64,000 nucleotides of DNA from Basidiobolus meristosporus CBS 931.73. Its lineage: Eukaryota; Fungi; Basidiobolomycota. The stretch covers positions 1 to 64,000 of the forward strand of contig MCFE01000242.1 in assembly GCA_002104905.1 (NCBI GenBank), written 5' to 3'. The position numbers and the translations under genes were made by a program. This document shows, one piece after another, positions 49,685 through 62,643 of this stretch. The first letter of the stretch is position 1. Each line of letters begins with the position of its first letter. The notes under the pieces were generated by a model. The model saw nothing but the letters and a program-made list of their open reading frames with translations. It made no database searches and had not been told where the DNA came from.

Positions 49685-52600
49685 CTAGCCTTCAAGCTTG
49701 AAAGGGTTTTGTGAGTGCTTCAGAAGCTCCAGAGAAGACTGGCGAAGTAGCTCTAGAAGTTGTGGGATTTTCTTGGATTTCACAAACTCTCTGTATAGCG
49801 CGTTTTTGTCATCTGCCACGATGTTCACGATGTCCAAACTCTTCTCTAGATTTTCCGGTATCAGGTCCCTGGTCTCATAGAGAACTGTGTGCAGGCGGAA
49901 AACGATCTCGGGAATAAACGTCTCTCGCAATTTGTCGAGTTCGTAATGTCTTCTCTCTTGCTCGATGCTAGGAAGTTCTCGGGCATAGCTACTAGAAAGC
50001 CAATCCGATTCAAGTAGGCGTTGCAAGACTTCTTCGTTTTTCAGAGTAATAGACTTGAAAGAGAAGTTCGTTAGGACAGGCGTCCTTGGATTATCCCTAA
50101 CGTCGAGTTGTAAATACCTTCATCTTATTTCTCCAATCATTAGACTTTTGCATAGCTTGAACTCCTTCACTGTAACCCACAAGTCAGTATACCTGGCCTC
50201 CCAACTGATGGAATATTGGTCATACCTCTTAACTGGCCGCTCGTAGAAAGTCTCGGACCACAAATCGTAGAGCTTGATGCATTCGCAGAAACTTCTATAA
50301 TGCAAATGTTCTTGTACATTACTAACGATAGGGTTGTTCTCGACTTCGTTCTCCAACAGCTCCATCCATTCAGTTAGCAGGAAGTCTTGAGGGAGGCGGC
50401 GAAAAACTTCGTTGGCCCCATTGATTTTCCCGCATACTACAAAGCCAAGAGTAAGTGATTGCTATAGCCTCAGACCAAAATAAACAGCGCTACTTAAGAA
50501 TCTTCGCACAAGAGTGTTGCTCTGTTTTAAGGCCTCTTCGTAATGATAATTCTCAAAAGTAAGCCAATCTAAGGCACTGATCTGAGCTTTATCTTGAGCC
50601 TCCACGGGGTCGCTAATCTTCTTAAGATCAAATGTATCCAAATCGAAATCGGGCAGGTCCTAGAGAGATTGCTATGTGAGCTGATGTTTACATGCCCATT
50701 TGATCGATGAAGTTAATTACATCACGAACAGCTTCTTGGAAAACTTTCTCAACTGTACGGCTGGAGATTTTGGTAACATCCAAGTTGTAACGGTACGCAA
50801 GCTTGATAAGTTCATATCTATCTTGAGCATCGTCTTCGATACCTTGTTACGAAAAAATAACTAAGTGTTTGTCAACTAAAAGAAGTAGATCGCTAACTGG
50901 AAATACCGGCAAGAAAAGTGGAGTATACTTCCACTTGTAGATCCTCTGGCAGCTTGGAGGTGTAGAACGCAACAAGATAGTTCTACGGCAATAAAACTCA
51001 GTAAACACCATGTTGAATATATTAAGTGGCAATTTTCTGCTACGCACCTTGTTAAGTTGAATCAATAGCTCGACATAGCATTTGATAATGTTGTTTGCCT
51101 CAGCAGCAGGTAATTCGATCCCTAGTGTTCTTAGGTAAAGAACCATATGAGTCAGAAAACGAAGAATTCGTGGATCCACTGGAGGCTCCCTGTGATGAAC
51201 GATTAGGAACTGAAAATAGCCACAGATACTACAGAGGAATACATACTCAGAGGTTTGCCATAATCCGGTATGAGCAGTCAAGGTATCGCTCATCTCAATG
51301 ATTAACTCATCGATGCGACTCAAGATAATCATCGTTTGAATATATCTATAAGGATCTTTTGCCAAGGCACTGTGAAGAGAATATGTTAGCTTGGTGCATT
51401 GCTGAATTACTCTACAACATAGTGGCTGGAACCTGAGTGCTTCGTTCGGGCTTTTGGCGATATTCATGAAGATATCCTCTTTTGTCATATGTTCAAAGGC
51501 TGGAATGGGAAGCTCCGCGCTTTCGGTGTTTCTATGGTTCTGTTGAAGATACTTATTTGGGGTGAGTTGAGTCGTTGTGCGTGTAAAACATTGTCCATGG
51601 CGCTACCTGTTCAACTTGGTTTTCAATCAAGGCGTTGTAGTATCCCCAGATATAGTCCTCCCAGCTTTTACACACAGGCAACAGCTAGACATGAAAATTA
51701 GCATATGTTTCGATGCCCTTGAAAGCAAATTACTAACATTTTCAACATCTCCGCAGAGTGCTGCATACATTGCACGCTCGTAGACATCCAGGCTCTCCTT
51801 TTCGTTCGAGTGACTTGTTAGTAAAATAGGTGACCCTTTATGTTGCACTGAAGTCTAAGTGTTACCTCTTTGGCTAGCTGATAGCAAGTTCCTTTCCAAA
51901 GTCCTCTATTAACATTTCCGCGAGGTTCTAGCGCCTCAATACCAACAGGAACATCGTCACCTATTGGATGATTGTGAAAGTTGTTCAGTGCCATAAAATT
52001 GCAACCATCTGGGGCGTATATGGTTACCAAGGAGTGGGTCATCGTGATAAACACCACCGCTGATGCTTGCAGCTCTCCAGGGTTGATCACTTTCACGGCA
52101 TAGATCAGTAGCATCCTCAATACGACCACGTCGGATGTATTCATACAGTGTTCGAACTAAGCTTTTCTCATACATCTATACAAGTAAAACAAGAATGAGT
52201 AACCTCCACTACAACTCTCCAAAGAATGAAGGACTACATTATCCTCAAGCGCTAGCTCTTTGTTCTGACGATTTGGAGCATCAGGGTCAATCTCGGTTAC
52301 GAGATTCTCATTTCTTGAATGCATGAAAGAAGACCCAAGCTTGCTCTTACTCCCAATGCATTTCCCCGTATGGAACCAGTAGCCACGTCGTGTTTCAACT
52401 GGCTGAAAGGCTGGGGCAATATCCTCGAGCCAACTTCTAACAATCTAGCTTGGTGGTTTAGTAAACAAACACAAGAACGGTAAAACTCGGCGTGTACGAA
52501 CATTATTCTCGGATATTTCGCGATTATTTCGAAAAAGGTTTTGTACAAGTTTAAAGTCGGGTATGTATGAATTTTCTACATCGGGAACTTCCAGACCTTC

Positions 52601-52995
52601 CAAATCATCTCTTGAGAAGCGCTCGCTGTTCGTCAGAAAACGAAGGTCAGATAGGTCACTTGAAAGTATCAAGGTTTGTATGGAAAACACCATACCTAAA
52701 AAGTAAGTGCACTAGTTTCCAGGTGTTTCCTTCCGCGACCCAATGTTCGATTTCCTCTGTTAGGTTGTTTTCTGTGTATTGGTAGGCGTTTGCTTCCTGA
52801 TCCTGTAGCTCTTGAACTCTATCCGATCAGTTAGTTGGGACAGCAATGGCATGAAAGCCTCAGCAAGTCAAACCTTAGATTGCATATGTTTTCTAATGAT
52901 ACACCAAGCCCGCATTCATCGTCTAGAAGCGGTGAGTTGGACGCGTCTTCAAGAGTTTGAGCAAAGATCTCGAGTTCCTCATTTGGCGTTAGCAT
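49685..52995 (-). CDS. NUP84: Nucleoporin Nup84/Nup107, multi-exon
   Basis: LYEYIRRGRIEDATDLCRESDQPWRAASISGG; YERAMYAALCGD; LRETFIPEIVFRLH. Confidence 0.9.
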
Positions 52996-53273
52996 TGCTA
53001 CTGCTTCAACAGTAATTATGAGACAGGTCAATATTTTGCTTAACTATCTTCATTTAGAGTCAATCCGGATCATGTGATCACCAATAGTTACTAGGTACTC
53101 GAAAAAATACAGGACTACAACGACCTTCTAACTCATTCCAAAAAAAAAATTGAGATACTGATGTTTATCATTTATTGAGCCCATTTTGATCTGGAAATAT
53201 AGGAAATGGAAAACCATTCAGGTTGTGCATTTAACTTAGCAAATCGATCTGTACAAAATGGAAGCATGGTTGC

Positions 53274-54230
53274 TTACAGTTCATCTTTTGAGGAGCTGGG
53301 GATGGCGCTATTTGAATGAGGGTTCTCAATAGGCTTGGGGTTGTTGTCGGGTTCCAGATTTTCCTTCGAGCTATTCTTCTCAATATCTACAGCCCACAAG
53401 GCAGCGCCAACAATGTTGGTTAAAAGGAAACAAACGTTGACAATTGGAACCATATCCAGAATGAGGGCAGCCCCACCAAATCCATAATACTCCATTTCAT
53501 GCTTCTTAATGAACTGTGCGCGACGTTGCTTGTCCCATCCTTTAAGGTCGAAGTAGGAAGTGTGTAGTTTGGAGGCGAGGCCTGTTCCGTTGATGATGAA
53601 GAAAACTGCACTTCCAATAACTGGAATAAAGTTGAGGGGGATGGTCACTAAGTATTGAAGCAGCGTGCCAGGGGACAATTTGCGAGCTGCTTTTTGTAGC
53701 TTCACGGAACTCTTGCTCCCAACTTTCCCAAAGAGAGACTGCTTTCTACCAGCTCCCTCTTTAACAAGAAGGGAGTTGCCGTTCAGAACGAGAACCTTCT
53801 CAAATATATCGTCTTGAATATGATCGATGAAGAATACCTGAACTATAAGAAAGACAAGGGCAAAGGTCTCAATCAGCACCAATATAAAGCTAACGACCGC
53901 GGCGAAAAATGGGCCCATTATAAACGTCAGGACGATTGTTTGTGGAATGTATGTGAAAACAAACATCCCCACAGTAACCACCAATGAAACTCCAATGCCG
54001 GCCACCAGAGTGCTTACAATCGGAGACCATAGCTGAGGAGTCTTGCAGAAGTAGGCTATACCTTTGATAGGGTACATATAGGCATGATGTGCTTTTTCTA
54101 TAATGTTCGATGTATCACGTAGCACCAGAGATCCTACATGGCTGACAGACTTGCTTTGTGAATATTCTCCTTGGAGTCTTCGGCAATATGAGCGTAACCG
54201 ACCAAAAACTTCGCTGAGCTCTTCGAACAT
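53274..54230 (-). CDS. EI24/CysZ-like multi-pass membrane protein (Lds/Rrt8-like)
   Basis: YMYPIKGIAYF; QDDIFEKVL; LNFIPVIG; YFDLKGW; FGGAALILDMVP..NIVGAALWA. Confidence 0.8.
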   Translation of the reverse strand: MFEELSEVFGRLRSYCRRLQGEYSQSKSVSHVGSLVLRDTSNIIEKAHHAYMYPIKGIAYFCKTPQLWSPIVSTLVAGIGVSLVVTVGMFVFTYIPQTIVLTFIMGPFFAAVVSFILVLIETFALVFLIVQVFFIDHIQDDIFEKVLVLNGNSLLVKEGAGRKQSLFGKVGSKSSVKLQKAARKLSPGTLLQYLVTIPLNFIPVIGSAVFFIINGTGLASKLHTSYFDLKGWDKQRRAQFIKKHEMEYYGFGGAALILDMVPIVNVCFLLTNIVGAALWAVDIEKNSSKENLEPDNNPKPIENPHSNSAIPSSSKDEL

Positions 54231-55020
54231 GCTATGTATAAATCAATTGCAATTCCTGCCTTTCAAAAGGAATCTAGCGTATTTATAGTGCGCCGCGAGA
54301 AACAAGGTGGAATGACGTATGAGATGGTCGACGGTCAAGCTCAATAATTACGTCCATATGAAAAATATCAGAATATAGGCTGACTGTTTCAATGCAGGCT
54401 GACAGATAATCATATGGTGACGTTGATAAGAGCAGTCATCGCTAAAGTTAAAATGACCACAATCCACGTGTGCATCAGTTATAGTGGGTTCGGCTCCCGA
54501 TTCGACTAATGTTGATTGATCGAATGTCCATTAGCGATTCATCGACTGGTTCTTGTGTTTCGCATTGTTGCACAGGGGGGCCATCTGATTGATCCGGTCC
54601 TATTACACATTATTATATAGACTCAATGGTTTCGGGTTTGGTCAAGACCTGGGTTCAGTGGGTGCAAGCTTCCTAAAACACACCTTAAACTATAAATGGG
54701 TTTGTTAGATGCAAGGTGGAGAGTAAAGGAAATTACTTCAAGAACAATAGGTTGACATGCATACAATATGGTTTGAATAATCAGGCAAATGTGTTGTCTT
54801 CGACTTACGATTCGAGAGGTTCCGCATGTAGCTTAGAACTAGCACCCAAAACGAGACTCAGTACTGAAATTAAACGCAGCTGGTGAATCTGAACTTTATC
54901 CTCCCAATCCGACTCGGTATAAATAAAGCTTGACACACATCATAAATGCACATTACTTTTCTCATGTTTACTCCACATTTTTATTCAACAAGAGATTCGG
55001 CTAAAAAGCCTCCAAGATGG

Positions 55021-55680
55021 ATGGCTAAGATAAGTGATTTCCCTCCCGAAGTGGTAGAGCATATTTTGGGGTTTCTAGACCTGGAGACATTGATTATGGC
55101 ACGGTTATGCTGTAAAGATTGGTTTATATTTTCCCAAAGCCATATCAAAAAGAAGCTTAAAGGCACCTCTATCTCACTAACGTTCGAGCAAGAAAGTAGA
55201 TGGAAATTTCATGTTGACTTTGCCTTTTCCTCGGTAGATCTTGCGTCTTCTAAGGTCTGCTTCTACGTGAAACAGTTGAAGACCAGACGTTGTTTTCATG
55301 GCTTGCTATTGGAAAATCCTAAAATCACAAACATCACTTTATCACCGTGTGATAACTCTTTCCTATGGGCCAATCGCTGCCTCCCAATCAAGAAACCCGG
55401 AACCTTTTTATCGTTTGTTCCAGGCAAGTCCCCTAAGGACAGATGGGCAGTTACATACGAAGTTTCTAAAATGCCACCTGCACAGCCAGATGATTTGGAA
55501 TATATCGACGGCGAAAGATGGGTAACACCCTTGGCATTCGAGTGTTCCCTGCTATTTTTGGCGTGCGACTCCAGGCCGACTTTTTTCCGAAAAGTTGCCC
55601 AAATTTTACCTGTGCGGCGAAGCTCATTAATTCCAGTCACCCCAGATGTAAAATTATCGGCATTGTTAACCGCCATGTAA
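55021..55680 (+). CDS. F-box protein
   Basis: N-terminal ISDFPPEVVEHILGFLDLETLIMARLCCKDW; single exon. Confidence 0.85.
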   Translation: MAKISDFPPEVVEHILGFLDLETLIMARLCCKDWFIFSQSHIKKKLKGTSISLTFEQESRWKFHVDFAFSSVDLASSKVCFYVKQLKTRRCFHGLLLENPKITNITLSPCDNSFLWANRCLPIKKPGTFLSFVPGKSPKDRWAVTYEVSKMPPAQPDDLEYIDGERWVTPLAFECSLLFLACDSRPTFFRKVAQILPVRRSSLIPVTPDVKLSALLTAM

Positions 55681-56248
55681 ACTTCACACCCCCTATCATC
55701 CTGTACATAATTGATTAATTCTTGTTTATAATATTGTAATAATTTCGAAATCCTCCGAATTACGCTCGCCACATTGGAAGCAGCCAAGATATTGGGGACA
55801 GGACCTGCTGCTGTGGAGGCTCTAAAAGCTTGGGTCAATATGCATGTTTCTTAAAATTCCCAACTATTGCATGGATGAGATATAAATGGCCATTGTGGAA
55901 AAATCTAGCCAATTGGTTTGACAAGCCAGGTGGCAACCCCTCCTTTCCAAATCTGTAACATTACAAACCTTCCCAGAGAGAAACTTTCCGGATTGCAATA
56001 GTCAATGGTGACAGGGTCTCGAGCTGCCGAACCTAGATCTCCACACAACGTCGGACCATTTTTAGTTCGAAAATGTCAATAATCTTATGATATCACCATA
56101 AGCCCATCATGCACAAAGTCTATTAGCAAATTTGTATCTACTTGCTCCGCTAAGCAAAACACTGCATCCGAGACATTGGGGAGTACAAAAGGCCAGACCG
56201 AAAATCGTAAGGTATATATTATACATCGGCCTGTTGTGGTAGCGCATC

Positions 56249-57137
56249 ATGCTTAAACTCACATCTTTTCCAGGCGAGGCCCAGTCCTCTTTGGCTGTTC
56301 GGACTCGCTCATTCAACGTGCTTGATGACCAATGTAAGTGTTCCCGCAAGAATCGTTACCCAGAGCAACTCATCTTACCTTCCATAATAGCCACCTTGAT
56401 AGATCTGGTCAATTCTGCTGGGGAGTACTCCTTTCCTATTCTGATTTTTTCTCAGCCTGCCTCCTTCCCATCCAGCGATAACTCCCGCCATTTCAAATCT
56501 AATGAGCAGGAATTGCTTGTTCCAATGCCTCTGAACTTCTACACCAAAACCCAGAGCGTGGTGAATGTGTACCAACTGAACGACAACCGGATGCTTCTGA
56601 TTGTGGCAAACTACACTACGGGGTCTACCGAGATTTATCTCGAGGCCATCAGTCAACTTAACTCCGCGCTGCTCAATCACCAACCAGCTCTTGTGCTGAA
56701 GGGCTTGTATGGATTAACCGCCATCGATCAAACAAAGTTCCTATTGGCTTTATACAATGTTGACAATGCAGAGGTAAATAGGACTCTAGAGCTGCTCATC
56801 AATGCATTCATTAACATGCTTCAATACAAAGTTACACACAGTTTCTCTGATGCAATCCAACAGAAGTACAAGATTAATGGAGTGCCAGCTCGATATGAGC
56901 TCCATTATCCAATTCCGGCCCAGCAGCATCTGGCGGATACTGTTCCTGCTTGGCACATATGACCTTTGTTTCGTGGAGTCTGAATCTTCTCACTTCACCT
57001 ACAACTTAAGGACAGGAAAAGTTACTAGTCGCGGGCGCTCTAGTAAAAGAAACTCCTTTGGCTCTCTGAGCATGAGTACGGCTTCTATAGAGACGACACC
57101 AAGTATATCCGAGACGGATAGCTTAAGATCAACCTAA
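56249..57137 (+). CDS. Hypothetical beta-rich protein, 2-3 exons; possibly a fragment of a larger fungal protein family
   Basis: Open reading across an intron near 56774-56830; protein-like composition (VVNVYQLNDNRMLLIV..TEIYLE..AIDQTKFLLALYN|..ILFLLGTYDLCFV). 5' end uncertain. Confidence 0.55.
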
Positions 57138-57435
57138 ATGTGATTTTGTAGTTTCTACTATTCTAAACAGTAACATATGTTACATATTTACTTCTTCGCC
57201 TGTAAAAACTTTCGACATATGTTAATACTTAGACATTTAGCATAATTTATTTCAAACTACGAAATCTAAGAATTTGCATCATTTATATGAGTTATACCAA
57301 TGAAGCGTCAGAAATCATCTGCTTTGCCAATTAGACTCTGCTAACCCCCTATGTTTACAATAAACATCACGTCATTAATCAGCCTACCCCTGACTTCCCC
57401 ATTCCCCTTAGTCAATGTCATACGCACCAATTCGT

Positions 57436-57500
57436 ATTTGAAGCATATTATCAGCTTCTATTTCAAGCATATTATCAGTTTCCAATTTCAAGCATATTAT
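57436..57500. repeat. Tandem repeat, period 24-25 bp, x3, upstream of 14-3-3 paralog 2
   Basis: aagcatattat at 57441, 57465 and 57490. Confidence 0.9.
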
Positions 57501-57739
57501 TGCAATCATTACATGTGATTCATTGGTCTACGCGGGACGGCGGCTGAGAAAACCAGTACCCTGTGCCCCAGTCAATTCTAGGTCACCAGGTCAACCCCCG
57601 TGGGTATGCAAGGGACAAAAAAATCCCAGATTACAGTGGCAATGACTACAGCAATTTAACTAGAGTATTAATAAAATTTACAGTCCCTATTATCGTGCGA
57701 GTTATCTTCGCTTTAGCTCTTTTTGATACGTGAAATACA

Positions 57740-58900
57740 ATGGCTGTAAGTACCATTCGGCTGACAATAATGTGATGTCCCGCTCAACTCACCAGTATAC
57801 TTCTTTAGGATAGAGAGAACCAGGTAAGACCACACTAGCTAGACAACCAACGGAACATCGGTATCAATTCTTGTCGCCTAGGTTTATATGGCCAAGTTGG
57901 CTGAGCAGGCCGAGCGTTACGATGGTAAGTTTAGTCAGTATGGAACAAGCTTCTTTCAAAAACTAATACTTCGCACCATTAGAAATGGTCCAATATATGA
58001 AAGACTTTGCAAAGGTCAGATACTACACTGGAATAAATTACCCAATTCTGATAGTAACAAGTCATGACGTTCCAAAAGAGCGGTGCTGAGCTCACTGTAG
58101 AGGAAAGAAATCTCCTTTCTGTTGCCTACAAGAATGTTATTGGCGCTCGTCGTGCTTCTTGGAGAATCATTTCATCCATCGAACAAAAAGAGGAAAGTAA
58201 GGGTAACGAGACTCATGTCGAGAGAATCAAGTCATACAGGCAGAAAGTTGAGGAGGAACTCGGCGATGTCTGCAGGGATATTTTAGAGCTTTTAGATCAG
58301 CATTTAATTCCAGGCGCTCAAGGTGGCGAGTCCAAGGTGTTCTACTATAAGATGTAAGTTAAGCGAAATTTTGGTACTTCCCAACCAAGTATTAAGTGAG
58401 CCTGGATTCCAGGAAGGGTGACTATCATCGCTACCTTGCTGAATTTGCCACCGGCGATAAGCGTAAAGATTCGGCCACTGCCGCCCATGAAGCATACAAG
58501 AGTGCTACAGACATTGCCCAGACCGAACTTGCACCAACCCACCCAATTCGACTTGGATTGGCTCTCAACTTTTCGGTGTTCTATTACGAAATTTTGAACT
58601 CACCCGATCGTGCTTGCCACCTTGCTAAGCAGGCATTCGATGATGCCATTGCTGAGCTTGATACCCTAAGTGAAGAATCCTATAAGGATAGTACACTTAT
58701 CATGCAATTGTTGAGAGATAATCTTACCCTTTGGACCTCTGATATGCAAGATGGTAATTAAGTCTTAAACGGCAACGCTAGCATGATCTTGATAATCATC
58801 TTTTATTTTAGAAACAGAAAAGAATGAGGAGTCGAAGGGCGAGGAGACTGAAGCTACTACCACCGAAGCACCAGCTGGTGAAGCCGACAAAGATGAATAA
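57740..58900 (+). CDS. 14-3-3 protein (paralog 2), 7 exons including a 15-nt internal micro-exon
   Basis: MA|DRENQ|[14 protein letters not shown]|..[46 protein letters not shown]. Confidence 0.97.
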
Positions 58901-59152
58901 GATTCACCATGGCTGTTGAGCTTAATGCATGAAGATCAACATAGATCAATGATGCTTGTTATTTCCCATTCTATGTTAAGTTCATTATATATGCTAATAA
59001 ACCAGTAATCTTCACTGTCAAAACGCAATTTGGTGACAGCATATTCTTTAAATCAGGCAGTGATTTTCCCAAAATTTCTGATTAGTTATTTATTCAAGCT
59101 GTCATTTAGACTTGCATAACCACTCTTCCACAAGCATCCTCAGTTGTCTCAA

Positions 59153-60851
59153 ATGTCCAACCCAACACTTCCCGAGACTTCTGTTTCTGGGCAGGTACAA
59201 GCCCCACATGATTTCACAGATTCACGTATGGTTTATGTCCCAGAGACTGGCAAATGGACTTACACAAGCGATGAAGGAATTAGCTACGAATACGATGAGA
59301 CTCAACACGCTTGGTTTCCAATGGTAAGGTGGCCTCCTGTTTAATCCAAACAATCTCTGTGCCATATATCTGCACCTCCTCTGTGTCTCTCTCAAAAACT
59401 TGGAGTAATGTATTGAAAATCCTGTCGCGAAAAACAGTGGAACGAAAATTTGGTGAATTCTCAACAGTCGATCTACGATGATCCAAGTCAGAAGGTGGTT
59501 AAAATTATAAACGTGGTTCCTGTTTCTTGCTTGACATAGTACTTACGCTCATGCTATTAAAGAATACTGAGGATACGGACTCAAAAGCACCCCCAGTCAA
59601 AGCCAAAGTAAGACGTTTATACAAGTATTTGATTGCATAAATATCCGGAATATCGACCAACGTAACTATCTCATAGCCTGAAAAACGCCCTCTACCGAAC
59701 AAGAAGCCTGTTACTTCCGTTTATGTTAGCGGTCTGCCTCTTGATACGGATGTTGACGAGATTTCAAAGTTCTTCACCAAATGTGGAATTCTGCAAGAAG
59801 ATATAAATACAGGTAGAATGGTGGACTTGATCCATTTCGCTGGTTTCCCATGCTCACTGGCATATGTACTTTTGCAAGGCAAACCCCGAATTAAACTCTA
59901 CACAAAGGATGACGGAAGTTTAAAAGGAGACGCGTTAGTAACTTACTTCAAAGAAGAATCCGTCGCTCTTGCCTGTACTTTGCTTGATGATACTGAATTC
60001 CGTTTAAATGAGAGCTCCAAGATACACGTTCATAAGGTATATACGCAAATTCCTGGCCCAAACCATTTAACTTCATTAATCATCCATGAATACAGGCAGA
60101 ATTTAAAGAGAAAACGGCGGAAGAGAAGGCTGCAAAAAAGCCCAGAGTAGATAAGAAGGTCCTTCAAAAGAAGTTCAACAAGCTCGAAAGGTGATGACCA
60201 TTTAGTAGTATTTGCATACCGACTTGCACTAATTGCTTCCGTACAGAAAGCTCGATTGGTTTGATGCTGATGAAGGGAAAAAAGCCGAAAAATTCAACAA
60301 GGTTGTGATTCTCAAGCATATGTTCACGCAACAGGAGATTGAGGTACAGACACGATCCTTGATTGGAATTTCCGCGTTAGGTATATTCATACAATGTTCG
60401 CCAGGATGACCCGGCACTTTTGCTGGATTTGAAAGAAGACATCCGTTCTGAATGTGAGAAGCTCGGGGAGGTCACAAATATAGTCGTATATGATGTTTGT
60501 ACTTTCTCATTAGATTCGATTGGCTTTTAGCGATGTTTACATAACGTTGCTGTTGATAGAAAACGGAAGATGGTGTGTGCTCCGTCAAGTACCGGGAGAA
60601 ATTGAGCGCTGATGCCTGCGTCAAGGTATTCTTTTGTTCCGCCCTTACATGCGTGTGTCCTAGACCTGACACGGCATCTTATGTAGATGATGAATGGCCG
60701 CTTCTTTGCTGGCCGCCAGATCAAAGCCGAAATATTCGACGGAAAAACAAAGTATCAAAAGAGCAGCCTTAAAGAGTCGGATGAAACGGAAGAGGAGGCC
60801 AAGCAACGCCTAGAAAAGTATGCAGAGTGGCTGGAGTCGTCGGAGAACTAA
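59153..60851 (+). CDS. CUS2: U2 snRNP factor HTATSF1/Cus2 (RRM + UHM), multi-exon
   Basis: SVYVSGLPLD; KPRIKLYTKDDGSLKGDALVTYFKEESV; VVILKHMF; MNGRFFAGRQI. Confidence 0.92.
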
Positions 60852-60951
60852 TGATGTATAGCTGAATAAATCCCAATATACTAGGCTTGTGTTTAGATTA
60901 TTAACAAGTACTGATGTATTGTTTTATTATTAGTTAAGGTATTGCTTTTGA

Positions 60952-62454
60952 CTATTTTCCAACTTCAATCAGAGTGCCCTTCTGTTTCGCCTCGCTTTTT
61001 TTGTTTCTCTTTTTGTCTTGTTCTTGATCTTGGTTGTCGGATTTTCTCTTGAAGTTACCACCACGTCCACGATTGCCACCGCGCCCACGACCACCACGGC
61101 CTCGGCCACGACCGGCTCCTCGCTTATCCTTGCGCTTCTCGAATTGCATTCTTTCTTTGTAATACTGAGTTTCTTTCTCTCCTGTGAGGGCAAGACACGT
61201 CAGGAATTCGTTCATAGGAGCAATCATTGGCATAGTGATGTACCTTCCAGAACATTAAACTCAGGATGAACTCCATCGAAAAGAATATCGCTGTTGGTTT
61301 TCAACGACTCCAAAGCTTCATCAGAAATGGGTTCCTTGAGCTCGATGATTCCTCTATTCTGCTCCTTGTCAAGCTTGACGTAGTTCACCTCCAAGTCTAG
61401 AGTATCCTATTTCTCTTGTTAGCTACATCGAATGCATCAGGTACTTGTTGGAACAATTCAGTACTTTGATGCTTTCAACTTGGGCCTCAGGCCCAGCATT
61501 GGTGAATTCAAGAAGACAGCCTCGCTTGTACTTGAATGGCTTCTTATCCTCGCCTACGTACAGGGAAACTATGCCTAGTTGCTCTTCTTTCATAGCACAA
61601 TAAGCGGCTCTACATAAATGGCGAGACACGGTTACTATATATGATAAGAGTCGAGCACGTTTGAAGGGAGTACTTGGTCATGATGAGAAGATCAGTATCT
61701 TCATATTTCAGCTTCATCTCGGCAACTTGATTAGCATCCTCTAGAGTTTTGAATTCAACAAACACCGAACCCTATATCAACGACTATCAGTATTCCACAG
61801 AATTAATACTGCTGGTATGGAATTGGTCGTCACCTTAAAAGCATCGGTTTCTTTTTCACGGCGGAATCTGACTTGCTCAACCTCACCATATTGGCCAAAG
61901 AATTCGACCAACTTGGATTCTAGCTCTGGAGTTTCTTCTGGAAATCCTTTCTAGAAGCGAATTGCGATAAGCAAATAGAAAGGCGACAAGCCATTCTTGA
62001 GAACTTACTGCATAAACACTCCGAGAAAACTGACTTGGTGCTTTTGGTAAGGGTTTTGATCTACGAATGTCACGACCAGCCCGGTTTATCTCGAATTTTT
62101 CCGAGCCTTTTTTCAAGGCGCTTTTGACTGTATCTTCACTATATTGCTGCAGCTCAGGTCTTTTGCATAGTTTGTAAATAGGAATCCCTAGAAGAGCAGG
62201 AATGTACGATAAGGACAGGTGCGAGTGGATTGAAGAGCAATACATGGAGGGAAAATGTCAACCTCTCCTCTCATATACTATACAAAAATTAAATGAGTAA
62301 ACCTACATCCGGAGCCGTTTCTTTGGATGATCTCCAATAGCTCTGTATCCGAGGCCAGGTTTTCATCACTTAAATATTGTTCGAATTGGGCTACAATCTC
62401 ATTTACTACCTCCTCGTCAAGCTCCACTGGAAGGGTTTCTGTAGGTTCGGCCAT
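60952..62454 (-). CDS. La-family RNA-binding protein (La motif, RRM1, RRM2, RGG tail) with a divergent La motif
   Basis: QFEQYLSDENLASD..GWIPI..DIRRSKPLP..SRSVYA; FKGSVFVEF; second RRM; GRGRGRGG tail. Confidence 0.85.
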
Positions 62455-62643
62455 ATCTATCTATTCACTCGATTTGAAGAGTAACCAGTGCCCACTATAC
62501 TAAATGCGTTTTGTCTCGAAAATTTCATGGATTTTTTTCTTTTTCAAGTGACTGTGATTGTTCGGCTACTTTTCCTAAATGGCTGGATGGTTGAATGCTA
62601 CTTCCATGCTTATGCGGGATTCAAAGTAGTTAATTTATTATTG

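Noticed and set aside
57535-57625. TPP-riboswitch-like GGCTGAGA..TACCC
   Set aside because: Lacks the downstream GAACCTGAT/TAATACC..GGGA core, and the adjacent gene is unrelated to thiamine.
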